This document shows positions 16,002 to 24,589 of a stretch of 32,000 nucleotides of DNA, one piece after another (position 1 is the stretch's first letter; every line of letters begins with the position of its first letter). The notes beneath the pieces were generated by a model. It was given only the letters and a program-made list of their open reading frames with translations, searched no databases and was not told where the DNA came from. The stretch comes from Nitrosopumilus maritimus SCM1 (lineage in GTDB: Archaea > Thermoproteota > Nitrososphaeria > Nitrososphaerales > Nitrosopumilaceae), in contig NC_010085.1 in NCBI RefSeq assembly GCF_000018465.1, forward strand, positions 1,380,001 through 1,412,000, in the 5' to 3' direction. A program made the translations under genes and the position numbers.

Positions 16002-16325
16002 ATGGAGGAAGGAGAAAAAAGACTAAAGCAAGAAGATTGTAGTGAAGATGTATTAGGTTCAGGAATTCTCACGTTAACTAACAAGAGATTAGCTTTTGAT
16101 AAAACTAGAGCAAGAATGATGGATTTTTCAAAACATATGGGAGATACAATACTAGACATTACATTAGACAATGTAACCAAAACATGGAAAGAGGGTCTAC
16201 TAATGAAAAAAGTGTGTTTTATTGTAAAAACAGATGATGGTGAAAAAATCTACAAGTTTGGTGTGTTTAACACAAAAAGCTGGCTCAAAAGTATTGATGA
16301 AGCAGTTGCAAATTACAAGAATTAG
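16002..16325 (+). CDS. Small PH/GRAM-like domain hypothetical protein
   Basis: GSGILTLTNKRLAFDKT and TLDNVTKTWKEGLLMKKVCFIVKTDDGEKIYKFGVFNTKSWLKSIDEA resemble bacterial/archaeal PH-like proteins. Confidence 0.55.
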   Translation: MEEGEKRLKQEDCSEDVLGSGILTLTNKRLAFDKTRARMMDFSKHMGDTILDITLDNVTKTWKEGLLMKKVCFIVKTDDGEKIYKFGVFNTKSWLKSIDEAVANYKN

Positions 16326-17305
16326 TAATTCACTTTAACAGTATCTAATCTCCAAGACTGAGTAACAAAAGTATCTTTTAATGACACGCCTTTCTTGATT
16401 TGAGATTCTAAAAGTCCAGTCCAACATATTTGGCTACCGCAATCCCCAGCATATTTCAAAGGGACAACAAAGAATTTTGCACCATGTCGTTTACAGACAT
16501 CTTGTAGCATTTCAGATAATCGTTTGTTAGCTGCAACACCACCTACAATCATCAGTTCTTTTTTTCTCGTAAAAGACAAGGCACGTTCTACAGCTTCTGC
16601 TATCATTGCAAAAGCAGTTTCTTGAAGAGAATAGCATGCATCAACTTTACTTTTTTTTGCTACTGATTTTGTTGCAGATAGCAATCCAGAAAATGAGACA
16701 TCATTTCCCTTTACAGAATATGGCAATGTAACATAGTTAGAAGATGTTGTTGCCAATTCCTCAATATTTTTTCCACAAGGAGAAGCAAAACCAATTGATC
16801 TTCCAAACTGATCAAGTAGTTGCCCCAAAGTAATATCCAAAGTTTCACCAAACACTCTCCATTGTTTATTTAAAAATGCCAAAAGCATTGTGTGACCTCC
16901 AGAGACTAAGAGGACTAAAGGATTGGTTGCACCAGTTAGCAACTTTCCTAATTCTATATGACCCAATGCATGATTGACAGGATAAATTGGAATTTTGTAA
17001 AAAGATGCCAATGATCTTGCCACTACAGCGCCAACACGTAAACAAGGTCCTAAACCAGGACCACCAGCATAAGATACAATATCCAAGTCATTTACTTTGA
17101 TATTTGCCTCATCAAGACATTCAGACAATACTAGAGAACTATTTTCAATGTGGTGTCTTGAAGCCTCTCGTGGATGAATTCCCTCTCCATCAGCAGGACG
17201 ATAAATTTTACGAACATCAGATAAAATTTTTCCTTTCTTTCCCTTCATTTCTATAACTGCACATGAGAAGGTATGAGCAGTACTTTCTATTCCTAAACCT
17301 AACAA
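16322..17305 (-). CDS. kae1: tRNA N6-threonylcarbamoyladenosine synthase Kae1
   Basis: LGIESTAHTFSCA, HPREASRHH, PVNHALGHIELG, LVSGGHT and VGGVAANKRL motifs. Confidence 0.96.
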   Translation of the reverse strand: MLGLGIESTAHTFSCAVIEMKGKKGKILSDVRKIYRPADGEGIHPREASRHHIENSSLVLSECLDEANIKVNDLDIVSYAGGPGLGPCLRVGAVVARSLASFYKIPIYPVNHALGHIELGKLLTGATNPLVLLVSGGHTMLLAFLNKQWRVFGETLDITLGQLLDQFGRSIGFASPCGKNIEELATTSSNYVTLPYSVKGNDVSFSGLLSATKSVAKKSKVDACYSLQETAFAMIAEAVERALSFTRKKELMIVGGVAANKRLSEMLQDVCKRHGAKFFVVPLKYAGDCGSQICWTGLLESQIKKGVSLKDTFVTQSWRLDTVKVNY

Positions 17306-17306
17306 A

Positions 17307-18503
17307 TCATCCCCTACTTAGAGTTGATACGATTTTGATCACATCGCCATTTTTTAGTTTTTGATCACCGCTGATTCTTTGTTTTGTTTTACAGTCAATT
17401 GCATGCAAAAATCCTTTAGCAATATCTGCATGAATTAATCCAGCCAAATCTTTTGCAGTAGAATCTTGAGGCAATAATTTTGTATCTGGAAGAATCACAC
17501 CATCTTTGTTAGTAAGTTTAGTTTCATCTTCAACAGGATAGACTACAATGAAATTCAATGAATCAAAAACTGCAGTATTAAGAATTTTCTGAATTCCAGT
17601 AGAAGGGATTTTTTCAAATACAGATTTCACCAAATCAAGTGCCTTTTGTTGTGGAGGAGCAATCTCTTTACCTTCTGCAATTGAAAATCCTTCATCACCA
17701 GACGAATAATTTACAATTCCGGCCTTTGATGCTTTTCTTAGTAATAATTCAGTTTCTGCACTACAAGGAATAACATTATCGTTAATTTTTTTTATGATAT
17801 CAAGATCAGGACACAAATCAGCTTTGTTTGCAGCAATGATCATTGGTTTTGTGTTTTTTCTCAGTTCACGTGCAAATTCAACAATATCATCTTCACTCCA
17901 TTCTTTGGGATCTCTTGAGATAAAACCAAGTTTTTGGAGTACATCTTGTACTTGAAAATCTTTTATGCCTAAACCTGTAAATCGGTTTGCAATTCCATCT
18001 GTAAGTTTTGCTCTCTTTTGATGAATCTCTCTAGTGATTTTATCCCAATCACGTTTTAAAATATCAGCAAACCACAAATCAAATTCGTCTTGAACAAACT
18101 CTACGTCTTCTAATGGATTATGAGTTCCAGGTGGAACAGGTTGTCCTTGAATATCAGTAGTTCCAGCAATATCAACAACATGAATCAAAACTTCAGCTTG
18201 TCTTGCATCATCAAGAAACTGATTTCCCAATCCTTTTCCTTCATGAGCTCCTGGAACTAATCCAGCAATATCAATAAGTTTCACAGGAATAAAACGAGTT
18301 CCATTGACGCAAAGATCAGTTTGATGTTCAATTTTGAAATGTTTGCAAGCACAATCAGCTTTAACATATGCAACACCAACATTTGGTTCAATTGTAGTAA
18401 ATGGAAAATTTCCGGAAGCAACAGGAGTTTCAGTGGCAGCTGAGAAAAAGGTGGATTTTCCTACATTTGCTTTACCTAAAAGACCAATTTGCAATGATCT
18501 CAA
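17307..18503 (-). CDS. ychF: YchF/OLA1-type GTPase/ATPase
   Basis: GLLGKANVGKSTFFSAAT, VKLIDIAGLVPGAHEGKGLGNQFLDDARQAEVLIHVVD, a long coiled insertion, and a C-terminal TGS-like region. Confidence 0.9.
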   Translation of the reverse strand: MRSLQIGLLGKANVGKSTFFSAATETPVASGNFPFTTIEPNVGVAYVKADCACKHFKIEHQTDLCVNGTRFIPVKLIDIAGLVPGAHEGKGLGNQFLDDARQAEVLIHVVDIAGTTDIQGQPVPPGTHNPLEDVEFVQDEFDLWFADILKRDWDKITREIHQKRAKLTDGIANRFTGLGIKDFQVQDVLQKLGFISRDPKEWSEDDIVEFARELRKNTKPMIIAANKADLCPDLDIIKKINDNVIPCSAETELLLRKASKAGIVNYSSGDEGFSIAEGKEIAPPQQKALDLVKSVFEKIPSTGIQKILNTAVFDSLNFIVVYPVEDETKLTNKDGVILPDTKLLPQDSTAKDLAGLIHADIAKGFLHAIDCKTKQRISGDQKLKNGDVIKIVSTLSRG

Positions 18504-18566
18504 AAATTCATTTCTACTTATTAGTATTGCAGAAATCGTTTAATCATCATCCATTCAATTAATTAT

Positions 18567-19115
18567 ATGTCAATAGTAATTACAGGAACGCCAGGTGTTG
18601 GAAAACACACTATTGGGAAAGAGTTAGCACAGAAATTAAAATTAGAAATAGTAGATATTAACGAGATTGCAAAAAATTCAGGATTATTTGAGGAAAATGA
18701 CGAATCAAATGATGTGGATACAGAAAAACTCAAAGTAATTCTTAGAGAAAAAATTTCTGATAGACATATCATCATTGGGCATTTAGCACCTTACGTTTTA
18801 GATAATGAAAAAGTCAATAGAGTTATTGTTTTGAGACGAAATCCATATGATTTGATTCAAGTATATGATGAAAGAGGTTATTCAGATAAGAAAAGTAGAG
18901 AAAATGCAAGTAGTGAAATTTTAGGTGTCATTACATATGATGTCATAAACCAATTCCAAGACAAAGTTGTTCAGATTAATGTGACGGGAGGAAAGGTACA
19001 AGAGGTTTTGGAGAAAGTAAACTCAGCAATTTCAGGCAATATTGATACTGAAGAAGTAGATTGGCTTGAATTAGTTACAAAAAATAATGATTTGAAAAAA
19101 TTTTTTGTTGATTGA
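18567..19115 (+). CDS. Adenylate kinase-like kinase (AK6/Fap7 family)
   Basis: SIVITGTPGVGKHTIGKELA P-loop, IIIGHLAPYVL and VIVLRRNPYDLIQVYDERGYSDKKSRENASSEILGVI. Confidence 0.85.
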   Translation: MSIVITGTPGVGKHTIGKELAQKLKLEIVDINEIAKNSGLFEENDESNDVDTEKLKVILREKISDRHIIIGHLAPYVLDNEKVNRVIVLRRNPYDLIQVYDERGYSDKKSRENASSEILGVITYDVINQFQDKVVQINVTGGKVQEVLEKVNSAISGNIDTEEVDWLELVTKNNDLKKFFVD

Positions 19116-19134
19116 TTAAATAACGCCTTTTAAT

Positions 19135-20658
19135 TTGAAAATATACTTGTTTGAAATATCAAAAACAGATTTGGCAGGCCGTATAGGAACAATAGATACT
19201 AACCATGGGAAAATTGAAACACCAGCATATGTTCCAGTTATTCATCCAGTAAAACAAACAATTCCTTCAAAAAAGATCAAAGAGATTGGTTTTGATCTAG
19301 TAATTACAAATGCATACATTACAAGAAACAACTATGGAGATAAAGCAGTAAAGAAAGGAATTCATAAAATTATTGATTACGATAGAGGAATAATGACAGA
19401 TTCTGGAGGATATCAAGTTTTAGAATATGGAGATGTTCCAGTAGCACCAACAGAGATGGCAGAATTTGAACAAGGTATAATGACAGATTTTGCAATACCA
19501 TTAGACAAACCAACAGGGTTTGGATTACCGATAAAAAAAGCAGAAGCATATGTAAAACATACTCTCAAGGTTTGCAAGCAAACTATTGAAGACAGTAAAG
19601 ACAATGGACAAATTTGGATTGGTCCAATTCAAGGGGGAGAGCATTTTGATCTTGTAGCAAAATCAACAAAAGGGTTGATCAAAATGGGATACAAGATGTT
19701 AGCACTGGGTAGTCCAGTTGAATTTATGGAGTCATACGAATATAGACTGTTAGCTCAAATGATAATTGCAGCAAAAAAACAGATTCCACATAACATACCA
19801 CTACATCTTTTTGGAGCAGGACATCCATTAACTATTCCATTTGCAGTTGCATTGGGTTGTGATACATTTGATTCAGCATCATACATGCTATATGCAAAAC
19901 AAAACAGGTACATTACAGAGGACGGCACACGTGATTTATCAGACATTGTTGTTTTCCCATGTAATTGTGAAATATGTACAAAATACACCCCAGATGAACT
20001 ACGACAGTTAGAATCTATTGAGAAAATAAACCAGATTGCTATTCATAATCTCCATGCAATAAAATTAGAAGTAGACAAGGTCAAACAAGCAATTCATGAA
20101 GGAAGGTTATGGGAATATGTTATCAAAAAAGCAAGAGCACATCCTAAATTATTTGAGATGGTAGAAGTAATGACAGAAAATTCAGAATTTTTGAAGATTG
20201 GAACACCAAAATTCAAGGAAAGAGCAATTTTTCTATTTGATAAGGAAGATCAATTTAGACCGGAAGTTCAAGTATTTCATGAAATTGTAAGGGGATTCAA
20301 ATCAAAGAAAGAAAAAATATTGATTACAAACGAATCATCAACAAAACCAGGCTATCTATCTCATCAATTTGTAAATTTGTCAAAAAAACTCAAAGATTTC
20401 GAAGAAGTTCAAATTTGCCAATACAACCCTCAACTAGGATTAATTCCAATTGAGATTTCAGATATTTTCCCTGCTGCACATCACGAAACATCAAGAATGA
20501 ATTTTGATCCTAAAGAATTTACTGAGTTTGAAAAAACATGGAAAATATTTTTTGAGAACAATAAATTTTCAGAAATTCGATACAACAAAGATGATGAATT
20601 TCTAAAATATTTTGTAAAAACATTACCAAAAAACATCAAGAAGAAATCTTTTTTGTAA
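19135..20658 (+). CDS. tgtA: tRNA-guanine (archaeosine) transglycosylase
   Basis: ITNAYITRNNYGDKAVKKGIHKIIDYDRGIMTDSGGYQVLEYGDV, GPIQGG, HLFGAGHPLTIPFAVALGCDTFDSA and CNCEIC. TTG start. Confidence 0.95.
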   Translation: MKIYLFEISKTDLAGRIGTIDTNHGKIETPAYVPVIHPVKQTIPSKKIKEIGFDLVITNAYITRNNYGDKAVKKGIHKIIDYDRGIMTDSGGYQVLEYGDVPVAPTEMAEFEQGIMTDFAIPLDKPTGFGLPIKKAEAYVKHTLKVCKQTIEDSKDNGQIWIGPIQGGEHFDLVAKSTKGLIKMGYKMLALGSPVEFMESYEYRLLAQMIIAAKKQIPHNIPLHLFGAGHPLTIPFAVALGCDTFDSASYMLYAKQNRYITEDGTRDLSDIVVFPCNCEICTKYTPDELRQLESIEKINQIAIHNLHAIKLEVDKVKQAIHEGRLWEYVIKKARAHPKLFEMVEVMTENSEFLKIGTPKFKERAIFLFDKEDQFRPEVQVFHEIVRGFKSKKEKILITNESSTKPGYLSHQFVNLSKKLKDFEEVQICQYNPQLGLIPIEISDIFPAAHHETSRMNFDPKEFTEFEKTWKIFFENNKFSEIRYNKDDEFLKYFVKTLPKNIKKKSFL

Positions 20659-20698
20659 ATTAAAAATAAGAAAAAAGAATGTGCTAAAAGATTCAGCC

Positions 20699-21001
20699 TT
20701 ATAGTGCTGCGTCTTCTGCCCAACCGTTGATGAAGATACCGTTTTTGTGAAGAGGTACTGGTTGTCCAGCAGTGTAATTCATTGGTCTCATCCAAAAGAT
20801 TGATTTTGTTGGGCATACACCGATGCATGCACCGTCAGAAATACATCTCTCTGGATAAAATACAAATGCTTTACCTCTCTTCCAGCCTTCAACTGGTTTT
20901 ACTCTAAGGACATCAGGACCAAGAGTTGTACAGATTTCTACACATAGTGCACATCCGATACATCTTTGTTCATCGATGTCTGGAAGTATTGCTATTGGCA
21001 T
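20699..21001 (-). CDS. Ferredoxin-like iron-sulfur protein with an Asp-containing cluster motif
   Basis: RCIGCALCVEIC followed by RCISDGACIGVCP, i.e. CxxCxxCxxxC and CxxDxxCxxxCP; 100 aa. Confidence 0.85.
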   Translation of the reverse strand: MPIAILPDIDEQRCIGCALCVEICTTLGPDVLRVKPVEGWKRGKAFVFYPERCISDGACIGVCPTKSIFWMRPMNYTAGQPVPLHKNGIFINGWAEDAAL

Positions 21002-21141
21002 TACAAAATAAACAATGCTTGGTTACTATTTAAACCATGATTGATATCCATAACTCTGTTATGAAATTTGATCGGCGGAAAATTATGCGCAGGAACCAGA
21101 TTGAAAATTTAAAAAACAAAAAGATAACGTGAGTATCACGT

Positions 21142-21354
21142 TTATTTTCTCATTGCATCGATTTGACCAGAAGTAACCCAGTCAAGTAGTTCTGCAGAAG
21201 AAGGATTAAGGTCTGCTTTCTGATTCATCAGATTGTTAACCCAAATCCAGTTAATTTGGTTAAGAAGAGGTTTGTTTGCTTCGTCACCTGCACGTGTTTT
21301 AGCGACTACAGCTTGGTCTTGTTGTCCTAACCATTCTTGGAAGCTTCTTCCCAT
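21142..21354 (-). CDS. Small hypothetical protein
   Basis: 70-aa ORF, MGRSFQEWLGQQDQAVVAKTRAGDEANKPLLNQINWIWVNNLMNQKADLNPSSAELLDWVTSGQIDAMRK, intergenic on both sides and globular composition. Confidence 0.6.
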   Translation of the reverse strand: MGRSFQEWLGQQDQAVVAKTRAGDEANKPLLNQINWIWVNNLMNQKADLNPSSAELLDWVTSGQIDAMRK

Positions 21355-21467
21355 GAGGATCGGATCTTAGCTTGCACTAATTAAAGCTTTTGAAGATTAT
21401 ACACTAGACATAATGATCGGGTACATCTCAAGAAGGTTTTAACGTAGATGAAAAATCATGTTAATTC

Positions 21468-22733
21468 TTGAATGTTAAAGTTTTAGGAGCTGCCAACGAG
21501 GTAGGCAGATCAGGTTTTTTAGTAAATTGTAATGGAACAAATCTCTTACTTGATTATGGAGTATTATTTGGCAGAAGAGGTACACCTCCACAATATCCAC
21601 TTCATGTAAAACCCAAGGATTTAGATGCAATAATTATCACCCATGCCCACCTGGATCATTCTGGAAACGTTCCATCTCTATTTGTAAGTGGAAATACAGA
21701 TGTTTATGCAACTCCACCAACTTTTGATTTATCAAAACTATTGATTGAAGATATGCTAAAAATTGAAAAGAATTCGCATCCATTTGACCTACCAGAATTA
21801 AACAACATGATGAGAAATGCCAAAGAAATTGGATTCAAACAAAAAATTACTAAAGGTAATGCAACATTTGAGTTAAGAGAATCAGGACATGTGATTGGGG
21901 GCAGTACAGTTTTAGTAGAATCTGAAAATAAACGACTGTTCTATACAGGAGATATCAAGACAAACGGTTCAAGAATGCTTCGAGAAATGGATTTGGATAT
22001 AGGAGAAATTGACTTGTTAATTACTGAAAGCACCTATGCCATGACAGAACAAAAACCAAGAAAAGAATCTGAAGCAGAACTAATAGAATTTGCAAACGAA
22101 GTAATGGATAGAAAAGGAATTTTGTTTATCCCATCATTTTCAGTTGAACGTTCTCAAGAGATTGCATGCATTCTAAGAAACGCAAATTTCAAACATAGAA
22201 TTATCATGGACGGCATGGCACTAAAAGTAAATGAAATTATGTTTAAGCATCCAGAATATTTGCGAGATCCAAAAATTTTCTCTGATGCAATTAACAGAGC
22301 AACTTCAATTACAGAACATTCTGAAAGAAAACGTGCAATGGAGGAACCATGTGTTGTTATTTCACCTGCAGGTATGTTAGTTGGAGGAAATGCAGTTTTC
22401 TATTTACAACATCTAGCATTTGATGACAGAAATGGAATTGCGCTTGTTTCCTACCAAGGAGATGGCACACCAGGTAGAAAATTGCTAGAAACAGGAAAAG
22501 TATCATCAAGAGGAAAAGACATCAATGTGACTGCACAAGTAAAACAGTTTGAATTTTCAGGCCATGCAGACAGAAATGAATTATTTGATATGATTAAAAA
22601 AATCAAAGGAAATCCAAAGGTTTTGACTGTACACGGGGATTCAGAATCTTGTGATTTGTTTGCACAAGAAATTCATGAGAAATTTGGATTAGAGACACAT
22701 TCTCCTGCAGTTAATGAAGAGATTCCAATCTAA
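21468..22733 (+). CDS. Beta-CASP metallo-beta-lactamase ribonuclease (archaeal CPSF/RNase J-like)
   Basis: ITHAHLDHSGNVPSL, LLITESTYA, CVVISPAGMLVGGNAVFYLQHL, FSGHADRNELFDMI and LTVHGDSESCDLFA are MBL plus beta-CASP motifs. Confidence 0.92.
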   Translation: MNVKVLGAANEVGRSGFLVNCNGTNLLLDYGVLFGRRGTPPQYPLHVKPKDLDAIIITHAHLDHSGNVPSLFVSGNTDVYATPPTFDLSKLLIEDMLKIEKNSHPFDLPELNNMMRNAKEIGFKQKITKGNATFELRESGHVIGGSTVLVESENKRLFYTGDIKTNGSRMLREMDLDIGEIDLLITESTYAMTEQKPRKESEAELIEFANEVMDRKGILFIPSFSVERSQEIACILRNANFKHRIIMDGMALKVNEIMFKHPEYLRDPKIFSDAINRATSITEHSERKRAMEEPCVVISPAGMLVGGNAVFYLQHLAFDDRNGIALVSYQGDGTPGRKLLETGKVSSRGKDINVTAQVKQFEFSGHADRNELFDMIKKIKGNPKVLTVHGDSESCDLFAQEIHEKFGLETHSPAVNEEIPI

Positions 22734-22734
22734 A

Positions 22735-23577
22735 ATGCAAATAAAGCAACCAATAGATGTTGAAAATTCAATAAACAGCGGTCAAGTTTTTCTTTGGAGA
22801 AAGAATAAAGAATTTTGGTACGGAGTAAACGGACAAGACATACTAGAAGTAAACAAAAATGGAAAAATAAAGTCATTACAAAATTACAAAACAGATTTTT
22901 TTAGAAATAATGATAATTTTGATGAAATTATCAAATCGATTTCAAAAGACAAGATAGTAAAAAATGCTGTAAAAAAATATCCAGGGCTTAGAATCATAAA
23001 ACAAGATCCATTCCAATGTTTGATTTCATTTATCGTATCATCAAACTCTAACATCCAAAAAATTAAAACAAATCTAGAAAACATATCACAAAAATTTGGA
23101 GAAAGAGTGGAATACAAAGATCAAGAGTTTTTTTTATTTCCTAATGCAAAAACGCTTTCCAAAGCATCAATAACTGAAATTAAAAATTGTGGAGTTGGAT
23201 ATCGTGCAAAATTCATCAAAGAAGCCTCAAAAATTTTTGCTTCTGAAAAAATTATGATTGATGATTTGAAATCAAGTGATTATTTTGATGCAAAAAAGAA
23301 GATTCGCATCATTCCAGGCATAGGAAACAAAGTTGCAGATTGTATTTTATTATTTTCTCTTGATAAGTTAGAATCATTTCCATTAGATAGATGGATGATT
23401 AGAATTTTAGAGAAATATTATTCAAAAAAATTTCAAATAGATACCAAAACAATTACAGAAAAACAATATGATATTCTACATGAAAAGATTGTAGATTATT
23501 TTGGGCTATATGCAGGATATGCACAACAGTTTCTCTTCAAAATGGAAAGAGAAAATTATCAAAAAAAGTGGCTGTAA
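22735..23577 (+). CDS. OGG1-type 8-oxoguanine DNA glycosylase/lyase
   Basis: INSGQVFLWRK, CLISFIVSSNSNIQKIKTNL, RIIPGIGNKVADCILLFSLDKLESFPLDRWMIRI (helix-hairpin-helix-GPD with catalytic-position Lys). The likely start is ATG at 22735, just after the upstream stop. Confidence 0.88.
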   Translation: MQIKQPIDVENSINSGQVFLWRKNKEFWYGVNGQDILEVNKNGKIKSLQNYKTDFFRNNDNFDEIIKSISKDKIVKNAVKKYPGLRIIKQDPFQCLISFIVSSNSNIQKIKTNLENISQKFGERVEYKDQEFFLFPNAKTLSKASITEIKNCGVGYRAKFIKEASKIFASEKIMIDDLKSSDYFDAKKKIRIIPGIGNKVADCILLFSLDKLESFPLDRWMIRILEKYYSKKFQIDTKTITEKQYDILHEKIVDYFGLYAGYAQQFLFKMERENYQKKWL

Positions 23578-23610
23578 ACCCTTAAAATGGTAATTAATTG
23601 CTAGGTTTTT

Positions 23611-23685
23611 GGGCCCATAGCTCAGCATGGATAGAGTGTTGGACTTCTAATCCAATGGTCAAGGGATCGAAGCCCTTTGGGCCCG
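23611..23685 (+). tRNA. tRNA-Arg (anticodon TCT)
   Basis: Hand-folded cloverleaf: acceptor GGGCCCA/TGGGCCC, D-stem GCTC/GAGT, anticodon stem TTGGA-CTTCTAA-TCCAA, T-stem AAGGG/CCCTT, discriminator G. No intron; CCA not encoded. Confidence 0.95.
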
Positions 23686-23725
23686 CTTAACAAAATTATT
23701 TATTCTAATCAGAAGGTGTGTTTTT

Positions 23726-24076
23726 GTGAAAGATATAGAATTCAAGCTAAATTCAACTGATATCCATCCAAATTCTGAGATCAAAGGAGAGATTACAGTC
23801 TCTTATCCAGGCAGATATGATGGAGTAGTTATTAATACACAAATTTTGGATTCGAACGAACATATCACTTACAAATCATACAACGGAAAGACCATTTCAA
23901 ATAATGTTGCAAGATTATTTATCAACAAAGATGTAATGTCAGAAAATAAAGCAGAATTTACTGCAGTAATAAAATTTGAGCCAACTCAAGAATACGAAGT
24001 AAAATTTAGAGCATCAATTATCGAACAACACAAAGAAATTGAGAGCCAAATAATTTTTGCAAAATATTCTGTCTAG
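23726..24076 (+). CDS. Hypothetical beta-sandwich (arrestin-like?) protein
   Basis: 116-aa ORF with GTG start. IHPNSEIKGEITVSYPGRYDGVVINTQILDSN...ARLFINKDV suggests an arrestin-like N-domain, weak. Confidence 0.5.
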   Translation: MKDIEFKLNSTDIHPNSEIKGEITVSYPGRYDGVVINTQILDSNEHITYKSYNGKTISNNVARLFINKDVMSENKAEFTAVIKFEPTQEYEVKFRASIIEQHKEIESQIIFAKYSV

Positions 24077-24537
24077 AATCTGCTCTTTGCGATTGTAATT
24101 TCACCTTTCATCCAAGGATGAGGCTGACAGAAATAATGAATTACAGTTTCTTCTGTAAATAAGAACTCATAGGTATCCCCAGGTTTAATTACTCCGGGAG
24201 AACCAAAGTCACCACTATACCCATCAGTATATCGGTGATCAGGGGTTACAGTATGAGCAGTATCATCATTGTTTATCCACCGGACATTGTTTGTAAATGT
24301 CAGCAGCGCTTCAGCCTTTTGTGGAAGATAGTCATTACCGTCATCATTAACTGCACCTGGAACAATTTCAATTAGGAAAAATTCTTCTGCAGGTTCTAGA
24401 ATTGCATGAGAAACTGATGGTTTTGCTAAAGATTCAGGAAGATAAAACGAAGTGTAAAAGACTACAGATGCAGATAGTCCAACAAGTAATGCAATAAGTC
24501 CAATACCATAGGCATGACTAGATGTTGGACTACTCAT
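24073..24537 (-). CDS. Membrane-anchored type-1 copper protein (cupredoxin)
   Basis: N-terminal TM, DDTAHTVTP and HYFCQPHPWMKGEI give the His, Cys, His, Met ligand set. Confidence 0.88.
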   Translation of the reverse strand: MSSPTSSHAYGIGLIALLVGLSASVVFYTSFYLPESLAKPSVSHAILEPAEEFFLIEIVPGAVNDDGNDYLPQKAEALLTFTNNVRWINNDDTAHTVTPDHRYTDGYSGDFGSPGVIKPGDTYEFLFTEETVIHYFCQPHPWMKGEITIAKSRF

Positions 24538-24589
24538 AATTTTTTTTCGCCTCTCAAGTTCTTATAAAGCTTGTTTGAAATTTTTGAGA

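Noticed and set aside
18334-18775. Short ORFs opposite the YchF and AK6-like genes
   Set aside because: Overlap with strongly supported GTPase/kinase coding sequence; poor composition.
20481-20828. 115-aa minus-strand ORF across the tgtA 3' end and the ferredoxin gene
   Set aside because: It overlaps two supported genes in other frames, with a biased Phe/Leu/Ser composition; judged spurious.
23578-23725. tRNA gene as an integration site for a mobile element
   Set aside because: No integrase and no duplicated tRNA 3' end identified in the window; flanking genes look like ordinary chromosomal genes.
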